Of a stretch of DNA of 64,000 nt, positions 62,799 to 64,000 are shown piece after piece. Source of the stretch: a virus. Taxonomy: Duplodnaviria > Caudoviricetes. The DNA is taken from the IMG/VR virus record IMGVR_UViG_3300047160_009226, positions 1-64,000 of that record; one strand, written 5' to 3'. The first letter of the stretch is position 1. Each line of letters begins with the position of its first letter. The position numbers and the translations under genes are program-made. The notes under the pieces were generated by a model, which saw only the letters and a program-made list of their open reading frames with translations, ran no database searches and was not told the DNA's origin.

Positions 62799-63974
62799 CT
62801 AACCCTCCCACAGCTGAGTATACCCATCCCACTTAGAATCCCCTAGTGATCCAAACGAACTTGGAATAAACTTACGATCCTCAAAAAATAATTTTCTTCG
62901 ACGCTCTGTTTCCCTAGTTGCCCAAACTCTTGCTGGTGTACACCACCCCTCTTCTTGATTTTGAGTGCACGAATTCTGGTAACGCCTAACATTCATCAAA
63001 TTAGACACAGAATAACAAACCCTATATCCTGAAAAGAAATATCGATACTGCAGTTCAGTGTCATTCGTTGATTTATTCCTATTAACATCTCCAAAATCAG
63101 CGTATCCTCCAATATCTACAAATGATTTCTTAGTCATGATTATACTACAACTAGGAAGATAATGTTCGCAAATCTCATGAGGAAAAACTGCATTCCAATA
63201 CCTCTTTCCTCGTTTAATCCGCTTACGCTCAAACATGCTAACAGGAGACCATTCGTGTTCATCGCCAAATATTCGCATCCGCGATCCAAAAAGATCTGAC
63301 TTAGTCAACCGCAGAAGATTAATTCCAGCATAAACTCGATTGCTGGCACTAATATCATCTCCATCCATAAGAGCTATATAATCCGTTTCCAAAAATGGAA
63401 CTATGTTATTCACTGTCATGAACTGACCAATATTTATATAGTTTCGATAGACTCGTACATTTTTTTGTAATTTCCATCTACTCAGAAATGATGAGGTATC
63501 TTCTCTTGAGCAGTCATCAATTAAGTGCACAATAACATCAGCATTATCCTGCTCCACAACTGACTTAATCGCCTCTTCGACAAAGTCAAGGTTTCCATAA
63601 AACGGAAGGATAATATCTACCTCCACCTTACTCTGCTGATACCCAATCGCATGATGCCTCAATGATTTAGTATCTTCCGAAGGATGATTCTGATGTGCTG
63701 ATTTGAGAACCTCCCCATAATCACACGGCCGTTCCTCGTCCTTAGCCCTCTGAATCAGGTCCTCCAAATAAAAATAAGGGGTATCTCGAAACCCGCCCAT
63801 ATCCAAAATTGTGTTTTTTCTAACAATAACCAAGTTTCCGCGATCAAAGCCTATCCTCACCAACACCTCTCGTCCGCTATTCTGAAGTCTGTTGATTTGA
63901 GATCTAACATAATCCGAATCCATGATATACGGAACTGAAAAAACTATAAAATTAGACTTTAACCTAGGTATCAA
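62799..63974 (-). CDS. Glycosyltransferase family 2
   Basis: DIILPFYG, LIDDCS, NIG...N, ALMDGDDIS. Confidence 0.88.
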   Translation of the reverse strand: MIPRLKSNFIVFSVPYIMDSDYVRSQINRLQNSGREVLVRIGFDRGNLVIVRKNTILDMGGFRDTPYFYLEDLIQRAKDEERPCDYGEVLKSAHQNHPSEDTKSLRHHAIGYQQSKVEVDIILPFYGNLDFVEEAIKSVVEQDNADVIVHLIDDCSREDTSSFLSRWKLQKNVRVYRNYINIGQFMTVNNIVPFLETDYIALMDGDDISASNRVYAGINLLRLTKSDLFGSRMRIFGDEHEWSPVSMFERKRIKRGKRYWNAVFPHEICEHYLPSCSIIMTKKSFVDIGGYADFGDVNRNKSTNDTELQYRYFFSGYRVCYSVSNLMNVRRYQNSCTQNQEEGWCTPARVWATRETERRRKLFFEDRKFIPSSFGSLGDSKWDGYTQLWEG

Positions 63975-64000
63975 AAAATGTACTGAAGTATGTATTGAAT

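Noticed and set aside
1-64000. CRISPR array, tRNA/rRNA genes, integrase or transposase
   Set aside because: All repeats seen are in-frame coding repeats (delta-60, NUMOD3, Pro-rich) or single duplications; no cloverleaf or recombinase motifs were noticed by eye (tRNAscan not run).
1-64000. Stop-codon reassignment (alternative genetic code)
   Set aside because: Conserved genes (terL, dnaX, sbcD, portal) are full length in the standard code and pack tightly using TAA, TAG and TGA stops.

Overview
A 64-kb segment of a large tailed dsDNA phage. Every credible gene lies on the minus strand in the standard code; the plus-strand ORFs are antisense shadows. In transcription order (right to left) there are two blocks. 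(1) About 64-39.6 kb is a replication, regulation and glycosylation block: several glycosyltransferases and a methyltransferase, a PEP-CTERM surface protein, ParB-like proteins, CsrA, SbcD plus an SbcC/Rad50 split over two distant genes, DnaN, primase, DnaX, a NusG paralogue, a 5'-3' exonuclease and a sigma-like HTH protein. (2) About 39.5 kb to base 1 is a head morphogenesis block: terminase large subunit, portal, intein-containing prohead protease, three tandem 7-bladed delta-60 propeller genes, an acidic scaffold-like protein, and a decoration-like gene interrupted by an unannotated ORF-less group I intron (4261-4558). No major capsid gene is recognisable in the window. The strongest candidate new system is a capsid cargo code. 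Many otherwise unrelated head-block proteins share one of two short N-terminal leaders (M-[KR]-L-[TS]-x-x-Y-[TS]-x-[IV] or RLAxxLL), and their modules are separated by basic linkers ending in R-x-A/(S,A,G). Modules include a J-domain, GNAT, AdoMetDC, a Cys-His-Asp transglutaminase-like fold and ParB, which suggests targeted, protease-processed polyprotein cargo. The PEP-CTERM tail and CsrA point to a Gram-negative exosortase-bearing host, possibly Planctomycetota (inference). All family assignments come from motif recognition by eye; no database search was run.
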